Positions 37,911-47,170 of a stretch of 64,000 bases of DNA are shown in pieces. A model generated the notes under the pieces. That model did not search any database, was not told the origin of the DNA, and was given only the letters and a program-made list of their open reading frames with translations. The translations under genes were made by a program, and so were the position numbers. The DNA lies in NCBI RefSeq assembly GCF_024305035.1, contig NZ_JAMWZB010000014.1, forward strand, positions 22,057 through 86,056, in the 5' to 3' direction. How positions within the stretch are numbered: position 1 is the first letter of the stretch; each line of letters starts with the position of its first letter. The DNA is from Algoriphagus sp. (GTDB lineage Bacteria; Bacteroidota; Bacteroidia; Cytophagales; Cyclobacteriaceae).

Positions 37911-38861
37911 ATGAAAATCCTCATCACAGGAATCACCGGCTTATTGGGAAGCTACCTGGCCAAGGAATTTTCTTCAAAAGGAGAAATTCACGGATTTCGC
38001 CGTCCCCATTCAAGTGCGAAGCTATTGGATGAAAATCTACCGGTAATTTGGCACGAGGGCGAACTATCCGATATCGAGTCTTTGGAGTCTGCTTTGGAAG
38101 GCATAGATTTAGTTATCCACTCAGCTGGTTTGGTTTCATTTGATCCTAGAGAAACCAACGCTCTTTTTAAGGTAAATGTCACTGGCACCGCCAATTTGGT
38201 CAATGCCATGCAAAATACTGGAGTAAAAAAGCTCATTCACATTTCCTCGGTCTCAGCGATCGGTCGCAGTGCTGACCAATTTAAATTGGATGAGGATTTC
38301 AAATGGGTGGATTCCCCTCTCAACACGGATTATGCTATTTCTAAGTATTGGGGCGAACTCGAGGTATGGAGAGGACAGCAGGAAGGACTCCAAGTACTGA
38401 TTATTAACCCCTCCATTATCCTAGGTAAAATCACAGATGATCGAAGTAGCACGGCCATCTACCACTACGTTTTGGAAGAAAACCGATATTATCCTACAGG
38501 GGACCTCAACTATGTGGATGTTAGAGACACCTCGACTGTAATTCGGCTGCTCTTTGAAAAGGAGCTTTGGGGGGAGCGATTCATCGTCAGCGCAGGATCG
38601 ATTCCCTATCGGGAGTTTTTTGAGCGGATGGCAAACGTATTTGGCAAAAAAGCTCCAAGAATCAAAGCCAATCCGACTTTGCTCCGGTTCGCTGTGATTT
38701 TTGCGGGCATTATGCGAAAATTGGGATTGAGTAAAAATCCGTTGAATAAAAAAACAGCGATGATATCCTCCCAAAAAATTAGCTATTCTAATGAAAAAGT
38801 CTGTCAAGCATTAGATTTTCGCTTTCGTAGTCTGGAGGAAACCTTTTCTTGGGCCAAATAA
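37911..38861 (+). CDS. NAD-dependent epimerase/dehydratase (extended SDR)
   Basis: TGITGLLG, HISS, YAISK. Confidence 0.9.
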   Translation: MKILITGITGLLGSYLAKEFSSKGEIHGFRRPHSSAKLLDENLPVIWHEGELSDIESLESALEGIDLVIHSAGLVSFDPRETNALFKVNVTGTANLVNAMQNTGVKKLIHISSVSAIGRSADQFKLDEDFKWVDSPLNTDYAISKYWGELEVWRGQQEGLQVLIINPSIILGKITDDRSSTAIYHYVLEENRYYPTGDLNYVDVRDTSTVIRLLFEKELWGERFIVSAGSIPYREFFERMANVFGKKAPRIKANPTLLRFAVIFAGIMRKLGLSKNPLNKKTAMISSQKISYSNEKVCQALDFRFRSLEETFSWAK

Positions 38862-38989
38862 ACTTATTTTGAATAAGGTTCGTTAACCACAATCCGAATA
38901 GAATTCCTGTTAAAGATTTAAAAAAAAGAACAGTCTAGATTTGAGAATAAATAATATTCGGTAATTTAAGTAAACCTTAACACAAGCGA

Positions 38990-40405
38990 ATGACCGGAGA
39001 TCACGATCACGATTGGGAAAACGACAAAAAGCTGGTAGAGCGCTTTGAAAACTCCCTCAAGTCAAATCTTGACCTTTATTTTGACGAAGAAGAACTGGAG
39101 GACATTATCCGATTTTATTTTGAACAGCAAAAATTCCTAAAAGCACTTCGCGCTTCTGAATTTGCTTTGGAAAAATTCCCCTTTTCAGTAGAAATCAAAC
39201 TCCTCAAAGCCCAATGCCTCATCTTCAATGATGAGCTCGAGGAAGGCTTAGAAATCTTGGAGAATATCAATACCATTTCACCCAATAATGAGGAAATCAT
39301 TCTTGCGCTTTCCAATGCCTATATTCTTGCTGGAAACCCACAGGAAGGGATTGAGCTCCTAGAAAATTTTCTTCCGCTTGCTGAGGATAGGGCAGAAGTT
39401 TTTTATTCATTGGGAAATCTCTTTCGTGCCAAAGGCGACAATACCAAGGCCAGCTATTACTTTAAAGAATCCGTAAAAATCCGAATCAACCACGAAGACG
39501 CACTCTTTCAGCTGGCTATGATTACCGAGGAAGAGGGAAACTTTGATGAGATTTTGGAGTTTTACCAAGAATTTATCGATCAGGACCCCTACAGTGCCGG
39601 GGCTTGGTATAATTTGGGCGTGGTTTACAATCGATTGGGCCGATTTGAAGAAGCGATCAAAGCTTACGATTACGCCATCTTGATTGACGATTCCTTTGCT
39701 TCGGCTTACTTTAATCTGGGCAATGCCCTTATGAATACCCAGCAATTCGAGTTGGCTTTGGAAGCTTACCAAAATACCATTAATTGCGAAGGGGTAAATG
39801 CCGAAAATTGCTGTTATATGGGTGCGGCCTACGAAAAGTTGGGAAAAATCGACGAGGCGTTTAAGTACTTCAAAAAATCAGCAAAACTAGACGAGGAATA
39901 TGATGACGCTTGGTTTGGCTTGGGAATGTGCATGCTAAAGAAAAATAAATTTTTTGAGGCCATTCATTATTTCAAAAAAGCAATCAAGCTCAGTGAAGAA
40001 AACCCCAATTACTGGGTAGGCCTTGCCGATGCGGAATTTAATCTGGGAAATCTCCAGGCCAGCTCTGAAGCCTATGAAGAGGCAATCAATTTGGAACCGG
40101 GAATTATGGAAACCTACGTCAACCTTTCGGTGATCTATTTTGATCAAAACCGCTTTGAGGAAGCCATTGACGTGATTCAAGAAGGAATTGACGAACTTCC
40201 CGAGGAAGCTGAGCTCTATTATCGAATGGTAGTTTACCAAATCAAAATGGGCAAATACAAAGAAGCGTTTTCATTTTTGGAAAATGCCTTAACTTTGAAC
40301 TTTGATCGGCATACGATTTTGTATGAGCTGATGCCTGAGCTTCAAAAGCAAAAGGCCATCTACAAATTAATTGCCCAGTATCGAGATGAAAATCTCTTGC
40401 CCTAA
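38990..40405 (+). CDS. Tetratricopeptide repeat protein
   Basis: Multiple 34-aa TPR units (AWYNLG...A...Y..A). Confidence 0.9.
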   Translation: MTGDHDHDWENDKKLVERFENSLKSNLDLYFDEEELEDIIRFYFEQQKFLKALRASEFALEKFPFSVEIKLLKAQCLIFNDELEEGLEILENINTISPNNEEIILALSNAYILAGNPQEGIELLENFLPLAEDRAEVFYSLGNLFRAKGDNTKASYYFKESVKIRINHEDALFQLAMITEEEGNFDEILEFYQEFIDQDPYSAGAWYNLGVVYNRLGRFEEAIKAYDYAILIDDSFASAYFNLGNALMNTQQFELALEAYQNTINCEGVNAENCCYMGAAYEKLGKIDEAFKYFKKSAKLDEEYDDAWFGLGMCMLKKNKFFEAIHYFKKAIKLSEENPNYWVGLADAEFNLGNLQASSEAYEEAINLEPGIMETYVNLSVIYFDQNRFEEAIDVIQEGIDELPEEAELYYRMVVYQIKMGKYKEAFSFLENALTLNFDRHTILYELMPELQKQKAIYKLIAQYRDENLLP

Positions 40406-40422
40406 AACTTAAAACCAAGCGA

Positions 40423-41193
40423 ATGAATTATGTGCTAAAGAACATCCCCTTGCGAACTGAAAAGCCTCGCAATGCGGGGTTTACGATGGCGATGGACAAA
40501 GGCCTCAGCCTGAGAGAAGTAGAGGACTTTGTGGACAGCTGTTCGGATTTTGTCGATATTGTCAAATTAGGATGGGCCACCTCCTATGTGACCAAAAATC
40601 TTTCTGAAAAACTCGCCATCTACCGAGAAGCCGGTATTCCAGTTTATTTTGGAGGAACTTTATTTGAAGCGTTTATCGTCAGAGGTCAGTTCGACGATTA
40701 CCGAAAAGTATTGGATAAATACAATCTGACTTTTGCAGAAGTATCCGATGGCTCAATATCCTTGAATCACGATAAGAAATGTGAATACATTTCTACCCTT
40801 GCCAAGCAAGTGACCGTACTCTCTGAAGTCGGGTCCAAAGATGCCGCAAAAATTATCCCTCCATACAAGTGGATTGAACAGATGCAAACCGAACTCGAAG
40901 CCGGTGCTTGGAAAGTTATCGGTGAGGCAAGGGAAGGCGGAAACGTTGGATTGTTCCGTGATTCAGGGGAAGTGCGTCAGGGCTTAGTAGAGGAGATTCT
41001 CACTCAGATTCCTGAAGAAAAAATCATCTGGGAAGCACCAATTAAATCCCAGCAGGTCTGGTTCATCAAGCTGCTTGGAGCCAATGTGAATTTAGGGAAT
41101 ATTAGCCCTTCTGAGGTAATCCCGCTAGAAACCATCCGTCTGGGACTACGAGGAGATACTTTCGATCATTTCTTAGGAGAAATCAAACTCTAA
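40423..41193 (+). CDS. comA: Phosphosulfolactate synthase (ComA)-like protein
   Basis: KPRNAGFTMAMDKG, DIVKLGWAT, EVSDG, SEVGSK, EARE, WEAP, LETIRLGLR. Confidence 0.88.
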   Translation: MNYVLKNIPLRTEKPRNAGFTMAMDKGLSLREVEDFVDSCSDFVDIVKLGWATSYVTKNLSEKLAIYREAGIPVYFGGTLFEAFIVRGQFDDYRKVLDKYNLTFAEVSDGSISLNHDKKCEYISTLAKQVTVLSEVGSKDAAKIIPPYKWIEQMQTELEAGAWKVIGEAREGGNVGLFRDSGEVRQGLVEEILTQIPEEKIIWEAPIKSQQVWFIKLLGANVNLGNISPSEVIPLETIRLGLRGDTFDHFLGEIKL

Positions 41194-41252
41194 CTTATCC
41201 ATCCTAAAAGAAAGGCTGATCGAATTTGATTTTGGTCAGCCTTATTTTTACC

Positions 41253-42188
41253 ATGAAATCATTGAAAAAAAACGGATTGACCTATCTAAAAGGGATGGCA
41301 ATGGGCGCAGCCGATATTGTCCCGGGGGTCTCCGGAGGATCGATTGCCTTGATTGCCGGGATTTATCAGACGCTTTTAGAAAGTATTAATTCCTTTAATT
41401 TAGAAAACCTCAGCTTACTTAAAAACCTTGAGTTTAAGAAGTTTTATCAGGCTGTGAACGGGACTTTTCTAGCGAGCTTACTCTTGGGTATCCTAACTAG
41501 TATTTTTGCCTTGTCCAAACTCATCACCTACCTGATGGCAGAGGAACCGATTCCATTATGGTCCTTTTTCTGTGGTTTAATTTTGATCAGTGCTTTCTTA
41601 ATTCTAAAAGACATCAAAAAATGGCACCTTGGAGTTTTTTTGGCTGTTTTGATCGGTACTGCCATCGCCTGGTGGGTAACCAATTTGCCTCCTACTACTT
41701 CTCCAGATACCCAATGGTTTATTTTTGTATCCGGGGCAATTGCGATTTGTGCCATGATTTTGCCTGGCATCAGCGGGAGTTTTATCTTGTTGATTTTAGG
41801 AAAATACGAAGTCATCCTTAAAGCACTATCTGACCGGGATATCCTTACCTTAGCCATTTTTGCAGCCGGCTGCGCGGTAGGAATTTTGACCTTTAGCCGC
41901 GTGGTTTCCTTTTTGCTTCGAAAATTTCATTCGGCCACAATCGGACTCCTTTCCGGTTTTATGCTGGGATCAGTCAACGAACTTTGGCCTTGGAAAGAAG
42001 TCATCGAATGGCGCACCTCCTCGAGTGGGGAAGCAAAGCCGTTTTTAACCGAAAACCTCCTTCCTGGGAATTATTTGGAGATTGTTGGAAAAGAGCCCCA
42101 ACTGCTCTCCGCCGTATTGGCTTTTCTTTTCGGAATAGGAATCGTATTATTTATCGAATGGTTGGCACAAAAACTCCAGAAAACATGA
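41253..42188 (+). CDS. DUF368 membrane protein (undecaprenyl phosphate translocase family)
   Basis: GAADIVPGVSGG and AMILPGISGS duplicated motifs; ATG 41253. Confidence 0.9.
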   Translation: MKSLKKNGLTYLKGMAMGAADIVPGVSGGSIALIAGIYQTLLESINSFNLENLSLLKNLEFKKFYQAVNGTFLASLLLGILTSIFALSKLITYLMAEEPIPLWSFFCGLILISAFLILKDIKKWHLGVFLAVLIGTAIAWWVTNLPPTTSPDTQWFIFVSGAIAICAMILPGISGSFILLILGKYEVILKALSDRDILTLAIFAAGCAVGILTFSRVVSFLLRKFHSATIGLLSGFMLGSVNELWPWKEVIEWRTSSSGEAKPFLTENLLPGNYLEIVGKEPQLLSAVLAFLFGIGIVLFIEWLAQKLQKT

Positions 42189-42922
42189 GAAAATTCGGAT
42201 TGATCGGTTATCCACTGGGCCATAGTTTTTCCAAAAAATACTTTGAAGCCAAGTTTGAAAAAGAGGACATTCAAAACTGCCGGTTCGATTTACATCAAAT
42301 CGCCGAAATTAGTGCATTTGAAAAAATTGTAAATGAAAACCCAGAACTGGAAGGGCTTTCGGTAACCATACCTCATAAGCAAGCGGTCATTCCATTTTTG
42401 GACCGACTTGATCCAGCTTGCGAAAAAATTGGGGCCGTGAATTGCATCCACATCAAAAACGGATTAAAAATCGGCTACAATACTGACTACATCGGATTTA
42501 AGCAATCCCTTCACCAATGGTTGGGAAATCAAATCCCATCCGCGCTGGTATTGGGAACGGGTGGAGCCAGCAGAGCGGTCAAACAAGCACTGACCGATTT
42601 GGAGGTGGATTTTCTTTCTGTTTCCAGAAATCCTGGGTCAGGTTTAATCACCTATGAAGACTTAGCCAAAGATCCTTCCTTGATGGAAAATCATCCTTTA
42701 ATCATCAATACCACCCCTTTGGGTACCTTTCCCAAAACCAATGTAATGGCAGAAATCCCGGTTTCGCAGCTGCATTCCGGTCATTTTATTTACGATTTGG
42801 TCTACAATCCAGCAATCACGCGATTGATGAAAGCCTGTCTCGACCAAGGAGGAAAAGTGAAAAATGGACAGGATATGCTTGAACTTCAGGCAGAAGCAGC
42901 ATGGAAAATCTGGAATTCTTAG
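42185..42922 (+). CDS. aroE: Shikimate dehydrogenase
   Basis: GYPLGHSFS, SVTIPHK, GAVN, NTD, GTGGA, DLVYNP; true start ATG 42185. Confidence 0.93.
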   Translation: MRKFGLIGYPLGHSFSKKYFEAKFEKEDIQNCRFDLHQIAEISAFEKIVNENPELEGLSVTIPHKQAVIPFLDRLDPACEKIGAVNCIHIKNGLKIGYNTDYIGFKQSLHQWLGNQIPSALVLGTGGASRAVKQALTDLEVDFLSVSRNPGSGLITYEDLAKDPSLMENHPLIINTTPLGTFPKTNVMAEIPVSQLHSGHFIYDLVYNPAITRLMKACLDQGGKVKNGQDMLELQAEAAWKIWNS

Positions 42923-42940
42923 GTTTGCGTTTTAGCAGTT

Positions 42941-44095
42941 CTAAGGAATGATCTTTCGAGGAATATCTTTCGGTAGACGGGTCAACAACTCATAGTTTAC
43001 CTGTTGGGTGGATTCCGAGAAGGAAGCCACCGTGATTTCTTTTGATTTTTGCTTGCCAATTAGGACGACTTCATCGCCAACCTGGACATTTTTTAGCGGA
43101 GTAATATTCACTGCAATGGCATTCATGGTCACCGTTCCGACTACTTGACAGTGCTGCCCACCAATTAAAACCTGACCGGAATTAGAAAGCAATCTACTGT
43201 AGCCATGCCCATAGCCAACCGGGACGATAGCCAGTTTCATGTTTTTCAACGCCATAAAGCTGTTTCCATAGCCAACAAATTCCCCCATTTTCACTTTCTT
43301 CAAGCTCATGATTTGACTTTTCCAAGTAATCAAACGCCTGAGCGGATTTTTATTTGTTTTAGGTAGGTCCTTTAGCTTAGCAAAATAGGTTTCTTTGGTA
43401 GGCCAAAATCCATAACCCGCTATTCCAATCCGGACCATGTCCATGATGGTTTCTGGAAAAATCAAGGTAGCGGCCGAACAAGCGGTATGGTAACGGTTGA
43501 AAAAGAGGTGGTGTTCCGACAGGTAATTTTTGAAATTGTAATAGCCTGAAATTTGATTTTTGACTCGCACATAGTTGCTGACACTTTCGGCTCCAGCATA
43601 ATGGGTGCAAAGCCCTTCGAGAATCACATGTTCCTTTGCTTTTTGAAGGACCTGAACCAATTTCTGCCGATCCTCCCATTCAAATCCAGTCCGGTGAAAC
43701 CCCGTTTCCAATTCGATATGGATTTTAGCGGCTTTTCCGATTTTTTTTGATGCGTCTACAGTTTTTTCCAATCGTTCAAAATCAAACACATAAAAACTGA
43801 TCTCTGCGTTGATCAGCGCTCCTATCTCCTGATGATACAACATCCCAAGTATCATAATCTCGGAGTTTTTCTTGGAGTATTGTTTAACCAACCAAGCTTC
43901 ATCTGAACTGAAGGTACTAAAATGCCTGACTCCGGCTTTTTCGGCAATTTGAACCATTTCTTCAATACCATGGCCGTAGGCATTTCCTTTGACCACAGCT
44001 GAAATAGTCGGCTTCGGGCCGATTTCGGATCGGATGTAACGGATATTTTGCCGATAGGCTTTGGCACTGATTTCCAAAAAAGACGTTGCGATCAT
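42941..44095 (-). CDS. alr: Alanine racemase (monofunctional)
   Basis: AVVKGNAYGHG (PLP Lys), IHIELETGFHRTG, CTHYA, VRIG, VGYG; ATG 44095. Confidence 0.9.
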   Translation of the reverse strand: MIATSFLEISAKAYRQNIRYIRSEIGPKPTISAVVKGNAYGHGIEEMVQIAEKAGVRHFSTFSSDEAWLVKQYSKKNSEIMILGMLYHQEIGALINAEISFYVFDFERLEKTVDASKKIGKAAKIHIELETGFHRTGFEWEDRQKLVQVLQKAKEHVILEGLCTHYAGAESVSNYVRVKNQISGYYNFKNYLSEHHLFFNRYHTACSAATLIFPETIMDMVRIGIAGYGFWPTKETYFAKLKDLPKTNKNPLRRLITWKSQIMSLKKVKMGEFVGYGNSFMALKNMKLAIVPVGYGHGYSRLLSNSGQVLIGGQHCQVVGTVTMNAIAVNITPLKNVQVGDEVVLIGKQKSKEITVASFSESTQQVNYELLTRLPKDIPRKIIP

Positions 44096-44182
44096 AAATG
44101 ATTTAAAGGGAAAGCCAAAAATTAAGGGAGGCAAAGCCCAATTCCCAATTCTTTTCTACATTTATTCAAAACTTTTGAAATT

Positions 44183-44770
44183 ATGAAAGAACAATCACTG
44201 TCTCGATGTCCCTGGTGTCTGAGTTTTCCACAGTATAGAGATTATCATGACAACGAATGGGGGGTGCCAGTCTATGATGATCAGACCCATTTTGAGTTTT
44301 TAATTTTGGAAAGTGCACAAGCAGGCCTGAGTTGGGCGACAATCCTGAAAAAAAGAGAAGGTTACCGCAAAGCCTTTGCTGATTTTGATTATAAAATTGT
44401 GGCAGAATTTCCCGATAGCTATGTGGAAGAGCTCTTGCAGGATCCCGGCATCATCCGCAATACCTTGAAAATCAAAGCTGCCATCAACAATGCAAAGCGA
44501 TTTATGGAAATTCAAGCTGAATTTGGTTCTTTTTCCGAATACATCTGGGATTTTGTCGGAGGAAAACCCATCCAAAATCAGCTTAAAAGTATGAAAGATG
44601 CTCCTGCCACCTCACCCGAATCCGATAAACTGGCCAAAGATCTCAAGAAACGAGGCTTTAAATTCTTGGGCTCCACAACGGTTTATGCCCATATGCAGGC
44701 CACGGGTTTAGTCAATGACCATTTGGTGGATTGTTTTCGTTACCAAGCGGTAAAGACTTTAGTGAAATAA
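44183..44770 (+). CDS. tag: DNA-3-methyladenine glycosylase I
   Basis: RCPW, YHDNEWG, LESAQAGLSW, IIRN..KI, NDH..DC. Confidence 0.96.
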   Translation: MKEQSLSRCPWCLSFPQYRDYHDNEWGVPVYDDQTHFEFLILESAQAGLSWATILKKREGYRKAFADFDYKIVAEFPDSYVEELLQDPGIIRNTLKIKAAINNAKRFMEIQAEFGSFSEYIWDFVGGKPIQNQLKSMKDAPATSPESDKLAKDLKKRGFKFLGSTTVYAHMQATGLVNDHLVDCFRYQAVKTLVK

Positions 44771-44783
44771 GCCCTAGACGGAT

Positions 44784-45353
44784 TTATTTGACGGTTAGAT
44801 TAATTTCATCAAAATAGACCTTACCATAAGTAAGATCAGGAACATTTAAGCTTACCCTGATGGATTCCGCGTCCTCTGGAAAGCTTTCCAAGGTTGCTTT
44901 CAATAAATACCAATCAAAATTTCCCTCAATTTCATTTTGTGCTCCTGCGGATCGCCCTCCACTATCTTTAGAGGGGTCCACTCGAAAAAATACCGTTATT
45001 TTCCCGGTTGAGTTTGGTGAAGTCCTGATATTTTCCCCTTTGATAAATACCAAAAGCTCCAACGTACTTCCTGGGGCAGGCATCGGTCCTGTGTATGTTT
45101 GGGTCCAGTTTCCACCTCCAAGATAAGCCGTATCGAGACTTTGAATAAAAAGGGACCTATTGCCGGACACAAACTCGTCAGAACTGACCCCGGCTGAGCT
45201 ATTATTGGAGGGAACCCAAGGAAAAACATTGTCAGGATAAAGGGATAAATTGGGATTCAACAGTAATTGACTTCCTCTAGGTGCAAAGTCTTCCTCCGTG
45301 CAAGAAACGAAAAACAAGATAATCAACTGAATAAAAACAGTTTTGAACCTCAT
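44784..45353 (-). CDS. Hypothetical lipoprotein with carbohydrate-binding-like beta-sandwich
   Basis: Lipobox FVSC, Trp-containing beta strands, C-terminal GKVYFDEINL. Confidence 0.65.
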   Translation of the reverse strand: MRFKTVFIQLIILFFVSCTEEDFAPRGSQLLLNPNLSLYPDNVFPWVPSNNSSAGVSSDEFVSGNRSLFIQSLDTAYLGGGNWTQTYTGPMPAPGSTLELLVFIKGENIRTSPNSTGKITVFFRVDPSKDSGGRSAGAQNEIEGNFDWYLLKATLESFPEDAESIRVSLNVPDLTYGKVYFDEINLTVK

Positions 45354-45404
45354 GACCCTAGTATTAAATCATGGTTAAGATACGTTTTTTTAGTAGAATT
45401 AAAT

Positions 45405-45444
45405 AAAAAAAACCGATCTGTTAGTTTATAAACAGGTCGGTTTT
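45405..45444 (-). terminator. Terminator of the antiporter gene
   Basis: AAAACCGATCTGTT / AACAGGTCGGTTTT stem (1 mismatch), T-run on minus strand. Confidence 0.75.
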
Positions 45445-45465
45445 AAATAAGCGTTTGATCAGACT

Positions 45466-46989
45466 TTACGCAAAAGCGAAGAAAACCAACCAAACTAATA
45501 TTAAAATCGGAAGTAAGATTGGAAGGGAAAACCGGATGATGTAACCAAAGAAGGACGGCATTTTGACGCCATTTTGCTCAGCTATGGATTTGACCATAAA
45601 ATTGGGCCCATTCCCGATATAGGTCATCGCTCCGAAGAAAACCGAAGCAATGGCGATGGCCATCAGTTCAAACGCTGAATCTGGATAACCATCTGCCGCA
45701 AAAGTCCTAACATCCTCTATAGAATTAATGGAAGCCCCTTCAGAGGCCATGGCTGCGGCCAAGAAATTCAAGTAAGTCGGAGCATTGTCCAAAAATCCTG
45801 AAAGAATTCCCGTTCCCCAATACAAGGTGTTATGGGTAATTAAAGCTGCTCCCTCGGGAGACTTTGCAAAATTACCCACCAACTCCAGCGCTGGCATCAT
45901 GGTACCAAATATTCCCACGAAAATGAAGGCTACCTCTCGAATAGGCTCAAAATTAAATTCATTTCCTTTGATTGCCCGTTGATCTGCAAAACGATAGGAA
46001 AGGTAAGCGACCGACAACATGATGATCTCTCTTAGGAAAGAAAACTTTTGCCCATCATAAACAATCGCTGGTACCCACTCAATGACATTTGGATCCAGAA
46101 AAACAGAACAGATTATAATAAATAACCAAGCAAAGTTTCTCACACCAATCAGCGAAAATTTATTGGTATAAGACGCTTCTTCTTCCGGCTCCAGCACATC
46201 ATTTGCGCGCCCAAGTTTTCGATCAATGAAATAAAATGCCACTGAAAGTAGAATCAGGGCAAATAACCAATTGTCCCAGTTATACTCCAAGGTCCAGAAA
46301 AACGGAATACCCTTAAGAAACCCTAAAAATAGCGGTGGATCCCCGATTGGGGTTAGCGAACCTCCAATATTACTAACCATAAAAATAAAGAAAATTACAT
46401 GGTAGGCCTGGATGTTCCCTTTGTTCAGCCGAATAAAAGGTCGGATCAAAAGCATGGAAGCACCTGTCGTACCGATTAAATTGGACACCAAAGATCCGAT
46501 CAACAAGAGGGAAACATTGGCCATGGGAGTAGCCTTCTTATCGATTTCGATGAGTATACCTCCTGATGCAACATAAAGTGAGGCTAAAAGCGCGATAAAC
46601 TGCACATACTCTGCTAAAGCATGAACCGGACCGTGGACATTACCTAGCACAAATAAGTAATAAAGAACTACCAATATGGCTAAGCCAATAGCGATTTTAG
46701 GGTAATTATGGTGCCAAAAATGCTCATAAAAAAGGGGGCCTGTGGCAATCATTAATAAAAGCGCCACAAAAGGAATCACTAACCAGCCCGGAGGAGTGTG
46801 ATGCGCCTCCTGCTCATGTTCTTCATCCTGTTGTATTTCTACACTTGAACCGGCCTCCACCTGATCTTCGGCTTGAGCTACATACTCAGCAGCCGGACTG
46901 CTCATTTGGGCCAATGCTGGTACAGGTTTGATACTGGAAAAAATCAGAATTCCGAAAAGCAGGGATAGGCCAAGTATATAGTTCTTCAT
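45466..46989 (-). CDS. Putative sodium:proton antiporter / ion transporter superfamily permease
   Basis: IGTTGASM, SNIGGSLTPIGDPPLFLGFL, LDNAPTY, TYIGNGPNF. Confidence 0.8.
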   Translation of the reverse strand: MKNYILGLSLLFGILIFSSIKPVPALAQMSSPAAEYVAQAEDQVEAGSSVEIQQDEEHEQEAHHTPPGWLVIPFVALLLMIATGPLFYEHFWHHNYPKIAIGLAILVVLYYLFVLGNVHGPVHALAEYVQFIALLASLYVASGGILIEIDKKATPMANVSLLLIGSLVSNLIGTTGASMLLIRPFIRLNKGNIQAYHVIFFIFMVSNIGGSLTPIGDPPLFLGFLKGIPFFWTLEYNWDNWLFALILLSVAFYFIDRKLGRANDVLEPEEEASYTNKFSLIGVRNFAWLFIIICSVFLDPNVIEWVPAIVYDGQKFSFLREIIMLSVAYLSYRFADQRAIKGNEFNFEPIREVAFIFVGIFGTMMPALELVGNFAKSPEGAALITHNTLYWGTGILSGFLDNAPTYLNFLAAAMASEGASINSIEDVRTFAADGYPDSAFELMAIAIASVFFGAMTYIGNGPNFMVKSIAEQNGVKMPSFFGYIIRFSLPILLPILILVWLVFFAFA

Positions 46990-47117
46990 ATGTTTAATAG
47001 GGATAAGCCGGGGTTTCTAGGGGGTCAATTTAAGCAAATATTCTTGGGTTGGAAACCTACTTCCCAATTTGCTAAACTACAGATTTTGCCTTAAAATGAC
47101 ACAAATCAAAGATCAAA

Positions 47118-47152
47118 CCCGACGGATTTAACCAAAAGTTAAACCAGCCGGG
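47118..47152 (-). terminator. Probable terminator after the amino-acid dehydrogenase
   Basis: Minus-strand CCCGGC..TTTAAC / GTTAAA..GTCGGG hairpin followed by TTTGATCTTTG. Confidence 0.55.
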
Positions 47153-47170
47153 CGAGGGATTCTATTAGTT

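Noticed and set aside
41984-42184. N-terminal extension of aroE in the ORF track
   Set aside because: Overlaps DUF368 by 200 bp; homology starts at MRKFGLIG (42185).
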